DNA from: Candidatus Hydrogenedentota bacterium | GTDB lineage: Bacteria > Hydrogenedentota > Hydrogenedentia > Hydrogenedentales > SLHB01 | NCBI GenBank assembly: GCA_963674865.2 | Contig: CAXXYE010000009.1 | Coordinates: forward strand, 288,001 to 352,000 | Length of the DNA stretch: 64,000 nt | Direction of reading: 5' to 3' | Shown: piece after piece, positions 43,690 through 53,721 of the stretch | Layout: the number at the start of each line of letters is the position of its first letter | Position numbering within the stretch: position 1 is the stretch's first letter | The notes under the pieces: model-generated | Told to the model about the DNA's origin: nothing | What the model saw: the letters and a program-made list of their open reading frames with translations, nothing else | The model's database searches: none | Position numbers and translations under genes: made by a program

Positions 43690-44640
43690 ATGGCGCGGAT
43701 CTTGATGACGGGCGCGGCGGGTTTCATTGGATCGCACGTGACGGAGCGTCTCCTGGCGCGGGGCGACTTCGTGACGGGCATCGATAACTTCAATGACTAC
43801 TACGACCCGGCCATCAAGCGGGCGAACATCGGCAGCGCCCTCGAGAATGAGCGCTTCGCCCTGCATGAGGCCGACATCCTCGATGAGGCGGAGGTCAGGA
43901 AGATCTTCGCGATGGCCCGGCCGGAGGTCGTGGTTCACTTGGCGGCCCGCGCGGGCGTGCGCCCTTCGCTCCAAGACCCGAACCTCTATCACCGCGTCAA
44001 CGTGATCGGCTCGCAGCACATCCTCGATGCCTGCCGGGAGGCGTCGCTCTCGCATCTGGTGTTTGCGTCGAGTTCGTCCGTCTACGGCGGCCTGACCGAC
44101 GTGCCTTTCACGGAAACCATGGATATCTCGCGTCCCATTAGCCCCTACGCGGCGACGAAGCGGATGAACGAGCTGATGTGCCATGTCTACAGCCACTTGT
44201 ACGGCCTCCGCGTCACGCTCCTGCGATTCTTCACGGCCTACGGCCCTCGCCAGCGGCCGGACATGGCCATTCACAAGTTCACGCGCCTGATTTCCGAAGA
44301 GGAGACGGTGCCCATGTTCGGCGATGGCTCGACGGCGCGGGACTACACCTACATCGATGACATTGTGAGTGGCGTGGTCGCAGCTATCGACCGCCCGTTT
44401 GCCTACGAGATCTTCAACCTGGGCGAGAGCCGGACGACCAAGCTGAAGGAACTCATCGAGTTGATCGGCAAACACGTCGGCAAGGCCCCGCGTATCGAGC
44501 AGAAACCCCTCCAGCCGGGCGACGTTACCATCACCTACGCCGACGTGTCCAAGGCGGAAGCCATGCTCGGATACGCGCCCCATTTCTCCCTCGATGAAGG
44601 GGTAAAGCGCTTCGTGGCGTGGTACAAGGAGCGAGGCTGA
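43690..44640 (+). CDS. NAD-dependent epimerase (UDP-glucuronate 4-epimerase-like)
   Basis: TGAAGFIG, DNFNDYYDP, HLAARAGVR, SSSSVYG, YAATK, RPDMA. Confidence 0.9.
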   Translation: MARILMTGAAGFIGSHVTERLLARGDFVTGIDNFNDYYDPAIKRANIGSALENERFALHEADILDEAEVRKIFAMARPEVVVHLAARAGVRPSLQDPNLYHRVNVIGSQHILDACREASLSHLVFASSSSVYGGLTDVPFTETMDISRPISPYAATKRMNELMCHVYSHLYGLRVTLLRFFTAYGPRQRPDMAIHKFTRLISEEETVPMFGDGSTARDYTYIDDIVSGVVAAIDRPFAYEIFNLGESRTTKLKELIELIGKHVGKAPRIEQKPLQPGDVTITYADVSKAEAMLGYAPHFSLDEGVKRFVAWYKERG

Positions 44641-44648
44641 ACCGCACG

Positions 44649-46292
44649 TCACTCCGCCGGTGATGCGTTCATTGGTTTGTGGGCGGGGAACTCGTCGTGC
44701 CGGCTTTCGTATAGGTACACCGTCACGCCGAAGAACTCCGTCTGATCGAGACGCGTGCCGTGTTCGTCAAACCAAGCGAGTTTCCGCGCCGCGACGGCGT
44801 CGTGCTCGAAGGGCTCCCAGTTCGATTGGACCACCCACACCCGCCGCGCGCCTTCGACGGCCGTGTCCACCTGCTTGGGATAGAGGTCGGTGTTCTCCCA
44901 GAACGGGGGATTGGGATAATTGCGTAGGCAGCCGCGCCGCGCGTCTTCCTCGTTCAGGCAGATAGTCGGCTGCGCGCCCGTCAGATAATGCCGGAAAGGT
45001 ACGGCGGATACCGACCGCGTGTGCACCACCGCATCCCCCGGCTGCATGCTGCTGCGAACGAACCGAGCCGCCTCGCGTACGGCAACCTTGTAGCGCACGC
45101 CCAGCCGGTGGCTCATGGCGACGTGGATGCGATCCGCGTAGATGTCGGTGAGACACGGAACGGTGAGGGCCGTGATGATCGCAAGCGCCCCGCCCACGGC
45201 CCACGGCTTTCGTAGGCCCGCGACGCCATGGGCGACAATCATGCACGCGGCTGCGGCGGAGAAGATAAACAAGCGATGTTCGTATAGGGGGAATTCGCGG
45301 CGACTCCAGATCGCAATATTCGCCGCGATGGGCACAACGCCGAGGAGGAGAAAGAGGGCCAAATGGCCGGGGTCCTTGCGGAGTCTGAAAAGGCCGGCAA
45401 GGAAGAGCGCCGCGCATAGGAGAAAGAGCGGCCAATAGAGCATCGGACTGGGGGCATGCGCGGCGAAGAAATTCTTGAACGTGATGAAGCCCGTCTTCAC
45501 CGTCAGGGCGCCGAACCGATCATTCAGGCCCTCGCTGAAGTGCTTGTTGATCCAGTAGGCCAGGTGAAGTACCGGCACGCCCAGGAGGATCACACCCACT
45601 TGCGAGAGCGCCCATTTCCAGAAGACGCGCAGGTGGCGGCGGATGGTTAGGAGTACGTAGAAGCCTAGCATGGCGGCCGTCCATACGCCGAAGAAATGGG
45701 CGTACATGGCGAGAGTCAGGCTGAGAACGAATCCGCACCAGTAGGCGGTGCGATCCTCGTCGAGTGCCCGCTCAAGGAAGTAGAGCGCCGCCAAGGAAAA
45801 AGCCACCAGTCCGGTGTAGCCGCGCAATTCCTGGGCGTAGTATACCTGGAGCGGGGATAGCGCGACGAGAAACGCCGCGATGAGGGCCGTAGCGTTGCTC
45901 TTGAGTGCCGCGCGACAGGCCGCGAACGCGAGCGGGGCCGCAAGGATACCGAACAAGGCCGCCGGCAATCGAATGAGGAAGTCCGACGTCGGCGAGATGA
46001 CGTCTACGCCTGGCAAAGCCGCGATAGCCGGGCGCCAGAAACGCATGAGCAGCGGCATCATCGGGGGGTCGCAACTGATGGCTGCGCTGAACGCCATGCG
46101 CCAGGACGTCATGACGCGCGCGAGGAAAAGCGTCATCGCCTCGTCGTACCAGAGGCTCTTCGCGCCCAGATCGTAGAGACGCAACCCGACGCCGAGAAGG
46201 GAGATCAAGCCGAGTAGAACGCCCTGACGCCGCGTCAGGGCCGGGAGCGTGGGACACGCCTGCCGCCTATCCACGCTAGTGTTCTGACTCAT
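44649..46292 (-). CDS. GT-C (GT39/PMT_2-like) membrane glycosyltransferase
   Basis: LRLYDLGAKSLWYDEA, PP, RLPAALFG, SPLQVYYAQELRGY; many TM segments. Confidence 0.85.
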   Translation of the reverse strand: MSQNTSVDRRQACPTLPALTRRQGVLLGLISLLGVGLRLYDLGAKSLWYDEAMTLFLARVMTSWRMAFSAAISCDPPMMPLLMRFWRPAIAALPGVDVISPTSDFLIRLPAALFGILAAPLAFAACRAALKSNATALIAAFLVALSPLQVYYAQELRGYTGLVAFSLAALYFLERALDEDRTAYWCGFVLSLTLAMYAHFFGVWTAAMLGFYVLLTIRRHLRVFWKWALSQVGVILLGVPVLHLAYWINKHFSEGLNDRFGALTVKTGFITFKNFFAAHAPSPMLYWPLFLLCAALFLAGLFRLRKDPGHLALFLLLGVVPIAANIAIWSRREFPLYEHRLFIFSAAAACMIVAHGVAGLRKPWAVGGALAIITALTVPCLTDIYADRIHVAMSHRLGVRYKVAVREAARFVRSSMQPGDAVVHTRSVSAVPFRHYLTGAQPTICLNEEDARRGCLRNYPNPPFWENTDLYPKQVDTAVEGARRVWVVQSNWEPFEHDAVAARKLAWFDEHGTRLDQTEFFGVTVYLYESRHDEFPAHKPMNASPAE

Positions 46293-46396
46293 AGTTGACG
46301 TTGCCTATCCGCAGGCGAAGGAGCGCCAAGATGAAGCGAATAACGGGGACTGACGCAAGCGGAGCGAAGCGAAGACGTGTCTGTCCCTGGTTTTCG
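46282..46396. repeat. ~115-bp dispersed REP-like element, copy 2
   Basis: Matches 728-842 and overlaps the annotated ATG of the GT-C gene. Confidence 0.85.
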
Positions 46397-46582
46397 AAGT
46401 CCCGACGGGCGTTCGGGCAACGTCGCAACCTCCTTCTTCGACTGCTGCGATTGAGTATTGTGCACGGCGCGTAGTGTCGCACAGGGCCATGGGGCAGTCA
46501 AGATATGGTGGCCCTGAGCACGCAGGGCGGCCGCCGGAGCGAAGGATTCTCCACGCGAAATGCAATAGTATATGGGAGGTAG

Positions 46583-47194
46583 ATGGAGAAGCCTTGTTCC
46601 CTGGAGAACCGAGTGAATAGGCGGGACGGCAGCGCGAGCCGAACGGAGCGACGCCTGGCGCATGCCTTGCGTAAAAGCAAGATGTCCGCATGGGAGGAGT
46701 TCTACGGCCGTTACGGAGCGGCCATCTATCGTTTTGCTCTCGCGCGGACAAATGGCGACGCGGACGCCGCTGCGGATGCCGCGCACGAGGCCGTGGTGGC
46801 AGCCATTGAGAGCATTGGCCGGTTCGATCCTCGCAAAGGAGCGCTGTGGCCATGGTTGTGCGGGATCGCAACAAACAAGCTGCGCGAGGCGGCGCGGCGG
46901 AATGGCCGGGACCTCCGGCTTGGGCGTGCCCTTCGTGAGGGCGCAGGAGCCGCCGCTCCAAGCGCAAACAGCGATGCCGCAATGGACGTTGAGTGTGTCC
47001 TGTCGCGCCTACATCCTCAGCACCAAGAGGTGCTTGAGTACAAATACATCCAGGGCCTCAGCGTGCGGGAAATGGCGGCAACGCTGCGTATCTCTGAAAA
47101 GGCCGCCGAGTCGCGCCTCACACGCGCCCGAGCCGCCTTTCGCGAAACGGACAAGAAGCTCGACGGCATCGTGACGGAGATCGAAGATGGATAA
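46583..47194 (+). CDS. ECF sigma-70 factor
   Basis: AWEEFYGRY, FDPRKG.LWPWLCGIA.NK, LHPQHQEVLEYKYIQGLSVREMA...KAAESRLTRAR; GGAGG upstream. Confidence 0.88.
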   Translation: MEKPCSLENRVNRRDGSASRTERRLAHALRKSKMSAWEEFYGRYGAAIYRFALARTNGDADAAADAAHEAVVAAIESIGRFDPRKGALWPWLCGIATNKLREAARRNGRDLRLGRALREGAGAAAPSANSDAAMDVECVLSRLHPQHQEVLEYKYIQGLSVREMAATLRISEKAAESRLTRARAAFRETDKKLDGIVTEIEDG

Positions 47195-49742
47195 CGCATT
47201 GGAGAGTCTGAGAGAGTACGGGCGCCCTGCCGTCCCACCGGACTTCGGAGAGAGCCTGGGGGAACATGTCAGGCCGCTATTGAAGCGCCGGCGCCGGAGG
47301 GTGGTAGCGCGTAGGGCGGCCGCGAGCGCCTGCGCGGCCCTTTGCCTCCTGCTGCTCTATGCGGCCAAAGCGTCATTGCTGGCGCTCTTGCCGACGCCCA
47401 CGCTCCTGCGGTTGGCCGAATTCGGCTCGCCCTTTGAGCCGGAGCTGTCTTCTGATGCAATGCCAGTCTCCTTCCCCAGGTTGATCGAAGAAGCGGATCT
47501 CTTTGTCTACGGGCGGCTCGAAGACGTTAGTTTCGACAAGCGCGACTTGGCTCAGCGCGTCACGATCATCTCATGTCCGTCCAGCGAGACGATCCGAGCC
47601 ACCGTTCGCATGAACGTCCTCAAGAGCCACCCGCCGCTGGATGCGGAGACGCTCACGTTTGCCACAGGGATCGATCTATCGCGGCAGGATTTCTGGACGC
47701 CCGGCACGGAGTACCTCGTGGCCTTGAGGTGGCTGAAGGGCGCGTATCATACGCTCTTCATCTGGCCGCAGGGCATCTATCCCGTCGATGCGCAGACGGG
47801 CCGCCTGGGAGACATCCCGGACTTGGGCCGGGGACTTACCGTCGAGGAGGCGTGGGAATTAATACTCGACGCCTATGGCCGCCTCCACGGGACGGCCGGG
47901 GAAGACGCCGGCGTGGCCGAAAAATGGCGCGACCTGTTGCACGACGGGGGGCTGCCGCAGTCTCAGGCCGCCATCGCCTTCTTCAGCACGCTCCCGAATC
48001 CACCCGTGACATCCGAGGAACTGATCGACGCCATGCAGCGCCACTATCCTCCAGAGGATGAACGAAGAGACTATGGCTATCGGGAATTCCTCGAAGCGGC
48101 CTTGTCTATGTTGGAGCGCATCGCCGATGAACACGCCGTGGACGAGATCTACGATTTCTTCCTCCAAGACATGGCTCTAAGACACTCGGCATTCGACGAC
48201 CCACGACTCCAGCGGGCGGTGCTGCGCCTTGTGCTCAAACACCCGGGCCCGACGCGCCGGGCGCGTCTGGTTCAACTCCTGACGACGGATGAAGAGATGC
48301 AGTACAACGAACGCTCCTGGGGGAGAATGGAACTGCTCAGGACCAAGCATGACGCGTTCGACGAAATGGTGAAGGTGGCGGGGAAGGATATCGACCAGCT
48401 TTTTCTGGACATGATCCACGATCCGCAAGCATTCGGCTTCACAAGCATTTACGACCTTGCGTCAATCTGGCGGGCAATGGCGCAGCGAGGAATGAAGGCC
48501 CTTCGCCCCGAGTTGGAACGCCTCCTCGCCGATCCCGAACACGCCGGCCTCGCCATCGACGTTCCCGCGGAACCGGAAGAGGTAGCGCGCGTCGCCAATG
48601 AGATCCTACGCGATCTCTTGTCGAACTTGCCGTCCGGCGATGTGCCATTGAAGACGCTGCTCGATCGCTACGACGCTGGGGACTCGCAGGCCATCCACCT
48701 GATCCGAAAGCGTTTCCCCGCAGACGGCCGGGCGTATATTCCGTGGCTGCAAAAGGCCCGCATGGCGGACGTGGCCGACCTGATCGCCCACCGTGCGCCC
48801 GATCCTTGCTTTATCCCGCTGCTTGAGCAGGCCCTTGACGCAAACGAGCCGCCTCCTACGCGGCATGACGGCTTGCCGGACTTCGGATTCGCGGCGGTAA
48901 ACACGCCCATGCTGCTCTACGCACTTCACGCGTGCGGGGCGCGGCAAGAGGCCGTTGATAGAACCGTGGCCTTGCTCCAAACGCCGCCGATCTCCGAGGT
49001 CCCCATATCGGCGCCCAAGGAACTCCATCTCTGGAACTACGCGCAGGTGCGGCTCCGAACGGAGCTACTCAAGATCGCCGCCTTCTTCGGAGATTCCTCG
49101 GCCTTTCCCGCCGTCGAGCACTACCTCGAAGAGAATGTGCTGGAGGCCTACTATGATCTCCCCACCACGAGCAGCGTGGGCGAAGAAGAAAACATGCCCG
49201 TCAACAAGCTGCACCGAATGGCCGTTTTGGCCGTTGCTCGGCTCGGCGGCGAAGCGGCCGCACCCATTTTGCGGAAACAATACCAGACGGAGCACCCCTA
49301 CATTCGGTTCTGCGCGGCGCTGGGCCTGCTATACCTGGGCGACGAGAGTGTCAGAGACGAACTCGAGTCGCTTTATCCTACCAATGCGCCATGGGAGTGG
49401 ACGCCCCGCCCCAACACCGTCCACACCGCGGCGCTGCTGCGCTCGCCGGCGATTGACGCGCTCTACATCGAGCGACTGCGGGACGGCATGAGCCAGTCCG
49501 ACGGCTACCTGGTTGTCAACAGCGGCCTGGCCCAGGAACGCCCGCGCGAGGTCCTGCCTTTGCTTGTTGACGCCCTCTCCGGCAGGTACCGCGACGAGGC
49601 CGTCCAAGCCCTTCGACACGTGACGGGGCAATCGTTTGGATTCGACGCCCGCGAGATCGCGGCCTTGCAGGGGGAGGCGATTGCCGAGTGGCGCCGTTAC
49701 GTTGAGGAGTTGCCCGCGGATGAAGAAAAGATGCCGAATTAG
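47187..49742 (+). CDS. Putative anti-sigma factor with TM helix and large extracytoplasmic helical/HEAT-like region
   Basis: Overlaps the sigma stop codon; short cytoplasmic N-terminus (PPDF), Arg-rich stretch, TM, then HEAT-like AVLAVARLGG..AAPILR and IRFCAALGLLYLGD. Confidence 0.65.
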   Translation: MDNALESLREYGRPAVPPDFGESLGEHVRPLLKRRRRRVVARRAAASACAALCLLLLYAAKASLLALLPTPTLLRLAEFGSPFEPELSSDAMPVSFPRLIEEADLFVYGRLEDVSFDKRDLAQRVTIISCPSSETIRATVRMNVLKSHPPLDAETLTFATGIDLSRQDFWTPGTEYLVALRWLKGAYHTLFIWPQGIYPVDAQTGRLGDIPDLGRGLTVEEAWELILDAYGRLHGTAGEDAGVAEKWRDLLHDGGLPQSQAAIAFFSTLPNPPVTSEELIDAMQRHYPPEDERRDYGYREFLEAALSMLERIADEHAVDEIYDFFLQDMALRHSAFDDPRLQRAVLRLVLKHPGPTRRARLVQLLTTDEEMQYNERSWGRMELLRTKHDAFDEMVKVAGKDIDQLFLDMIHDPQAFGFTSIYDLASIWRAMAQRGMKALRPELERLLADPEHAGLAIDVPAEPEEVARVANEILRDLLSNLPSGDVPLKTLLDRYDAGDSQAIHLIRKRFPADGRAYIPWLQKARMADVADLIAHRAPDPCFIPLLEQALDANEPPPTRHDGLPDFGFAAVNTPMLLYALHACGARQEAVDRTVALLQTPPISEVPISAPKELHLWNYAQVRLRTELLKIAAFFGDSSAFPAVEHYLEENVLEAYYDLPTTSSVGEEENMPVNKLHRMAVLAVARLGGEAAAPILRKQYQTEHPYIRFCAALGLLYLGDESVRDELESLYPTNAPWEWTPRPNTVHTAALLRSPAIDALYIERLRDGMSQSDGYLVVNSGLAQERPREVLPLLVDALSGRYRDEAVQALRHVTGQSFGFDAREIAALQGEAIAEWRRYVEELPADEEKMPN

Positions 49743-49868
49743 GAATCCGGCGTCAACCGCGTTGCCGGAGCCCAAGTCGAGAACCTCCCGAAGCAAAGGT
49801 TCATGGGGAATGTCCGGGCCTGCTCCCCGTGTTTCAGCCTACGCATTTGATAATCAGGAGGTGCGCTC

Positions 49869-50210
49869 ATGAAGAAGACAGTAACAGTCTTGACGCTCGC
49901 GCTCGTTGTAGGCGGTTTGGTGCTGGCAGGTTGTCAGACAACATACGGCAAGGCCGGCGGCCCGAAAAGCTCCTGCGCCATGTGTCCGAAAGCGCAGGCG
50001 GCCTGCGCGAAATGTCCGCAGCAAGGAAGCTGCCCATTGCAGGCATCGTGTGCAAAGTGTCCGAAACAGGCGTCTTGTGCATCCTGTCCTTTGAAAAATG
50101 GCGCCAAGTGTCCGGCGGCCTGCAAGGCCAAGTGTCCGGCGGCTGCCTGTGCGAAGTGCGGCGAGGCCAAAGGCTCGGCCGCCTGCAAGGCGAAATGCAC
50201 GGTTAATTAA
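49869..50210 (+). CDS. Cys/Ala/Lys-rich small lipoprotein
   Basis: AGGAGG RBS; signal MKK...LVLAG|C; 16 further Cys, mainly in CxxC/CxxxC motifs. Confidence 0.8.
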   Translation: MKKTVTVLTLALVVGGLVLAGCQTTYGKAGGPKSSCAMCPKAQAACAKCPQQGSCPLQASCAKCPKQASCASCPLKNGAKCPAACKAKCPAAACAKCGEAKGSAACKAKCTVN

Positions 50211-50355
50211 CCTGTGTCCGTATGCCGCCGCGTGTCTCCCGCGCACGATACGTTTGAGAAAAGGCGCTTGCCGTAGGGCCGGCGCCTCTTCATCTACATC
50301 GAAGGGAGAACTGGCTTCAAGGCCGGCCCGCCTCCCCATGGCGCTGGGATAGCGC

Positions 50356-51093
50356 TCATTCCCATTCCATGGCTTCGATGTGCTGGCGCAGGTGACGGGC
50401 AGTCCGGAATCGCTGCCGAATGAGGGAGCGCTTGAGTCCGCGGCATATCATCTTCACTTGAGGCGGTTGAGCTGCGTAGTGGCGTGCGCCGCCGACGGCG
50501 TCGTAGAAGATGCGGATGGCGGATTGCACATCATCCTGAACGTGCGCCGAGGTCTTGCGCCCCCAGTTGAACAAGTCCACCAGCTTCACCTGAAATCCGA
50601 GCCCCACGCGACGGACGATAACGTTATCCGGATGCAAATCGCCGTGGTACTCGCCCATGTCGTGAATCTGTTCCAGTCCGACGACGAGGGCGTGCAGCAA
50701 GTGCAGCCCCTCGAAAGGGCTTAGGCGTTTGCCGGCACGCCCTTTGAGGAGGTCCGTGAGGAGGTGGCCTCCGACGAGTTCGCTCACCAAGAAGGTGATG
50801 CGCTGGCCGCGGAACCGGAAGGTATCCTGCGTGTGGTATTGGATAAGGATCGGGCAATCGCGCAACTTGTCGAGTTTTCTCGCGTAGAACGTTACCGCGC
50901 GGTTGCGGCGATTGCGTTGAGGAAAGAATAGTTTCGCGGCGCGTTCGAGTCCGGTTGCGAGTTCGGTGACGTGGTAGACCTCACCCTCCCAGCCGCGGCC
51001 AAGCAAGTCGCCCACGCGGTACTTGCCGCCCAGCGTTCGTCCCGGCTGCAGATCGAACGCGTCAATACGCGGCGGATCGGATTCCTTGCTCAT
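50356..51093 (-). CDS. Minimal Ser/Thr protein kinase-like protein
   Basis: LGRGWEGEVY, RAAKLF, YHGDLHPDNV, KLVDLF. Start uncertain (ORF open from 51174). Confidence 0.8.
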   Translation of the reverse strand: MSKESDPPRIDAFDLQPGRTLGGKYRVGDLLGRGWEGEVYHVTELATGLERAAKLFFPQRNRRNRAVTFYARKLDKLRDCPILIQYHTQDTFRFRGQRITFLVSELVGGHLLTDLLKGRAGKRLSPFEGLHLLHALVVGLEQIHDMGEYHGDLHPDNVIVRRVGLGFQVKLVDLFNWGRKTSAHVQDDVQSAIRIFYDAVGGARHYAAQPPQVKMICRGLKRSLIRQRFRTARHLRQHIEAMEWE

Positions 51094-51275
51094 CAGGATA
51101 TCGAGACCCCTCAACCGAATCTGCCTGATCCTACTTCGCAGGGCGAGGGCTCTGTCAACATCCAACTGCTGCATAGCTAGCTCTGTCCAGGCGGTTGCAA
51201 TCCTACCAAGCGGGCTATATGCTGGCGCGCGCCAGGCAGGGCCGCTTCCGGCCCGCGGATAAAGGAGACATCCTT

Positions 51276-52421
51276 ATGCTGCGTAGACCCTTCGCCAGCG
51301 AACGCATCCAACGGATCGATCCCAAAACCGGGATCAAGGTCATCCAACTCACCAGTTATCCGCTCCCCGCGGCCCATTTGCTGTATGACTGGCCTTTCAT
51401 CACGCCCGATAACCGCCGACTCGTGCTCTTTAGTCAGCGGAGCCTGCGCCGTGATGCCCCATGGGACCTCTTCCGCGTGGATGCCGACGGACTCAACCTG
51501 TTCCAACTCACCGACAAGGGCGACGAGATGGAGGCCGTCGGCTATTACGGGCGGCCCGCTTCCGCCTTAACGCTCGACGGGGCAACCGTCTATGGTGTCT
51601 GGGGGGATGTCCTGTCGAGCGTGGACGTCGAGACCGGCCGGATGGAAGACCTCTGTTCTCTCGATTCCCACATCCCCGAAGGCCAAGCCGTCAGCCGCCT
51701 CCACCTATCGGCGAACGGAGAGAGGCTGTTTGTCGTTTGTGGCGGTGCCGGGGCCTCCGAGGCCCTGCGCATCGACCTCGAAAGCGGCGAAATCGCCCGG
51801 ATCGCGCTCGATGGCCACCTTTTCGCCTGCGATCCCACCGGGCCCCGCCTCGTCGTGTCCAAAGGACGCGTCGAATGGGGCACCGTCGAAGCCAAGGACG
51901 GTTCGCGCACTGTCACCAATGTCGCCGCCTCACGCGATAAGTGGCTCACCGACGAGGATGGAAACGACATCGCCTACTTCTGCCCCGAGATGTACGCCCA
52001 CGCTACGCTCCTGGGCGGTCAGCTTAAGCTGCAGGGATGCGGCAAACCCCCGCACAAATGCATCTGGCTTGTCGAGCAGGGCCAACCCCCAGAGAAACTT
52101 GTCGAAGGCCCCTATTTCTGGCACTCCGGAGCATCGTGGAGCGGCGAATGGATCATCGGCGACACCAATTGGCCCGACCTTGGTCTCCAACTCATCCACG
52201 TTCCCTCGCGACACTTCGCAACCCTTTGTCACGCAGGTGCTTCGCAAGATCACTACGAGTTTGGCCATCCTCACCCCGCCCTGTCTCCGGACGGCAGCCT
52301 CTGCGTCTTTCGCTCAGATCGGAGCGGCGTCGCCCAACTCTACATCGCCCACATCACCAAGGAATTCCAGGAACGCGTCATCGCCGGGGACTTGTGGGGG
52401 CCTAACCAGTGCATGCCCTGA
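51276..52421 (+). CDS. Oligogalacturonate lyase (PL22)-like beta-propeller protein
   Basis: DPKTGIKVIQLT, FITPDNRRLVLFSQR, HPHPALSPDG...FRSDRSG..QLY; AAGGAG RBS before the ATG at 51276. Confidence 0.7.
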   Translation: MLRRPFASERIQRIDPKTGIKVIQLTSYPLPAAHLLYDWPFITPDNRRLVLFSQRSLRRDAPWDLFRVDADGLNLFQLTDKGDEMEAVGYYGRPASALTLDGATVYGVWGDVLSSVDVETGRMEDLCSLDSHIPEGQAVSRLHLSANGERLFVVCGGAGASEALRIDLESGEIARIALDGHLFACDPTGPRLVVSKGRVEWGTVEAKDGSRTVTNVAASRDKWLTDEDGNDIAYFCPEMYAHATLLGGQLKLQGCGKPPHKCIWLVEQGQPPEKLVEGPYFWHSGASWSGEWIIGDTNWPDLGLQLIHVPSRHFATLCHAGASQDHYEFGHPHPALSPDGSLCVFRSDRSGVAQLYIAHITKEFQERVIAGDLWGPNQCMP

Positions 52422-52445
52422 CGGTGGGAATAGTTTGTTATACGC

Positions 52446-53555
52446 TTAGGTATTGCCGAAAGACGTCTTCAGTTTCTTTTCCTCGGCGTGTCGGTCAAGG
52501 GCAAGCTGAATAAGCCGATCAATAAGTTCCGTATAACAAATTCCGCTACTCTCCCAGAGCTTCGGATACATACTGATCCTCGTAAACCCTGGAATGGTAT
52601 TGATTTCGTTCACGAGAACGGCTCCATCCTCTTGGACGAAGCAGTCCACGCGCGCCATGCCCTCGCAGCAGAGCACCTGGTATGTCTGCACGGCCACACG
52701 CTGCACTTCCCGGGTCAGATCCTCCGGAAGATTGGCGGGAATCTCCAGCCCTGCGCCGCTCTCATCAAGGTATTTGGCCTCGTAGGAATAGAACTCGTGC
52801 TGCGGGAGAATCTCGCCCGGCACCGAGGCAATGGGTTCGTCATTGCCCAGGACGGAACACTCAATCTCCCGCCCTTCGATGGCCGTCTCAACGATAATCT
52901 TGCGGTCATACGCGAAGGCGGTATCCACGGCCGCATCGAATTCCGCCGCGTCATGCGCCTTCGTGATTCCCACCGACGACCCGAGATTTGCCGGCTTCAC
53001 AAAGCACGGCATGCCAAGCACTTGCGTCACATTCTCGGCATCCGGCCGGCCATCGGCCCGGCGGAAAACCAGGAACTCCGGTGTCGGAATACCCGCCTCC
53101 CGCAAGAGACGCTTCATCACATCCTTATCCATACCTACCGCCGAACCGAGCACGCCCGCACCCACGAACGGCACGTTCACCAGTTTCAGTAGCCCCTGGA
53201 CGGTGCCGTCCTCGCCCATAGGGCCGTGAAGCACCGGGAACACAACGTCCAGTTCCGGCAATTTCCTCCTTCGTTGCGCCTCCAAGTCGACGAGTTCGCC
53301 TCGCTCGCCCCGCGGCACCAGGGCGACCTGGCTGCCCTCAGGATTAAGCGCGATGGCAGCGGCGCCGTCCCGGGCGGTAAGACGTGGCGACGCGTCGCTC
53401 GCGTGCCACCGGCCGTCCTTGCCGATACCGATGAGAACCACCTCGTATTTCTCGCGATCCATGGCTTCGACCACATTCTTCGCGGATTGCAGCGACACCT
53501 CGTGCTCGGCCGACTTCCCCCCAAACAAGACACCTACGCGGATCTTGGACTCCAA
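52446..53555 (-). CDS. ddl: D-alanine--D-alanine ligase
   Basis: LFGGKSAEHEVSL.SA, FPVLHGPMGEDG, FVKPANLGSSVG, GREIEC, FYSYEAKY, NEINTIPGFT..SMYP; TTG start after AAGGAG. Confidence 0.95.
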   Translation of the reverse strand: MESKIRVGVLFGGKSAEHEVSLQSAKNVVEAMDREKYEVVLIGIGKDGRWHASDASPRLTARDGAAAIALNPEGSQVALVPRGERGELVDLEAQRRRKLPELDVVFPVLHGPMGEDGTVQGLLKLVNVPFVGAGVLGSAVGMDKDVMKRLLREAGIPTPEFLVFRRADGRPDAENVTQVLGMPCFVKPANLGSSVGITKAHDAAEFDAAVDTAFAYDRKIIVETAIEGREIECSVLGNDEPIASVPGEILPQHEFYSYEAKYLDESGAGLEIPANLPEDLTREVQRVAVQTYQVLCCEGMARVDCFVQEDGAVLVNEINTIPGFTRISMYPKLWESSGICYTELIDRLIQLALDRHAEEKKLKTSFGNT

Positions 53556-53636
53556 TGATTGCTCCTTTTTAGTGATCCCGGATATTTGGCCCGCAGCGCT
53601 CGCGCGGCCTTCAAAACACGTGAAAGGAATGTCGAG

Positions 53637-53694
53637 GGAAAAAGGGGACATGTTCCAAGCGCCGTCCCCGGCGCGACTACGTGTACCCTTTTCC
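53637..53694. repeat. Imperfect inverted repeat (REP-like hairpin)
   Basis: ggaaaaaggggacatg pairs with cgtgtacccttttcc; lies between the YhaN-like gene and ddl. Confidence 0.55.
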
Positions 53695-53721
53695 AGCCGA
53701 CCTCTTTACAAGCTCTCAGAC

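Noticed and set aside
49869..50210. Multiheme cytochrome c
   Set aside because: The CxxC motifs are never followed by His; the protein contains no His.
52446..53555. Van-type D-Ala-D-Lac ligase
   Set aside because: The omega-loop region reads FYSYEAKY, as in D-Ala-D-Ala ligases, and no van genes are adjacent.
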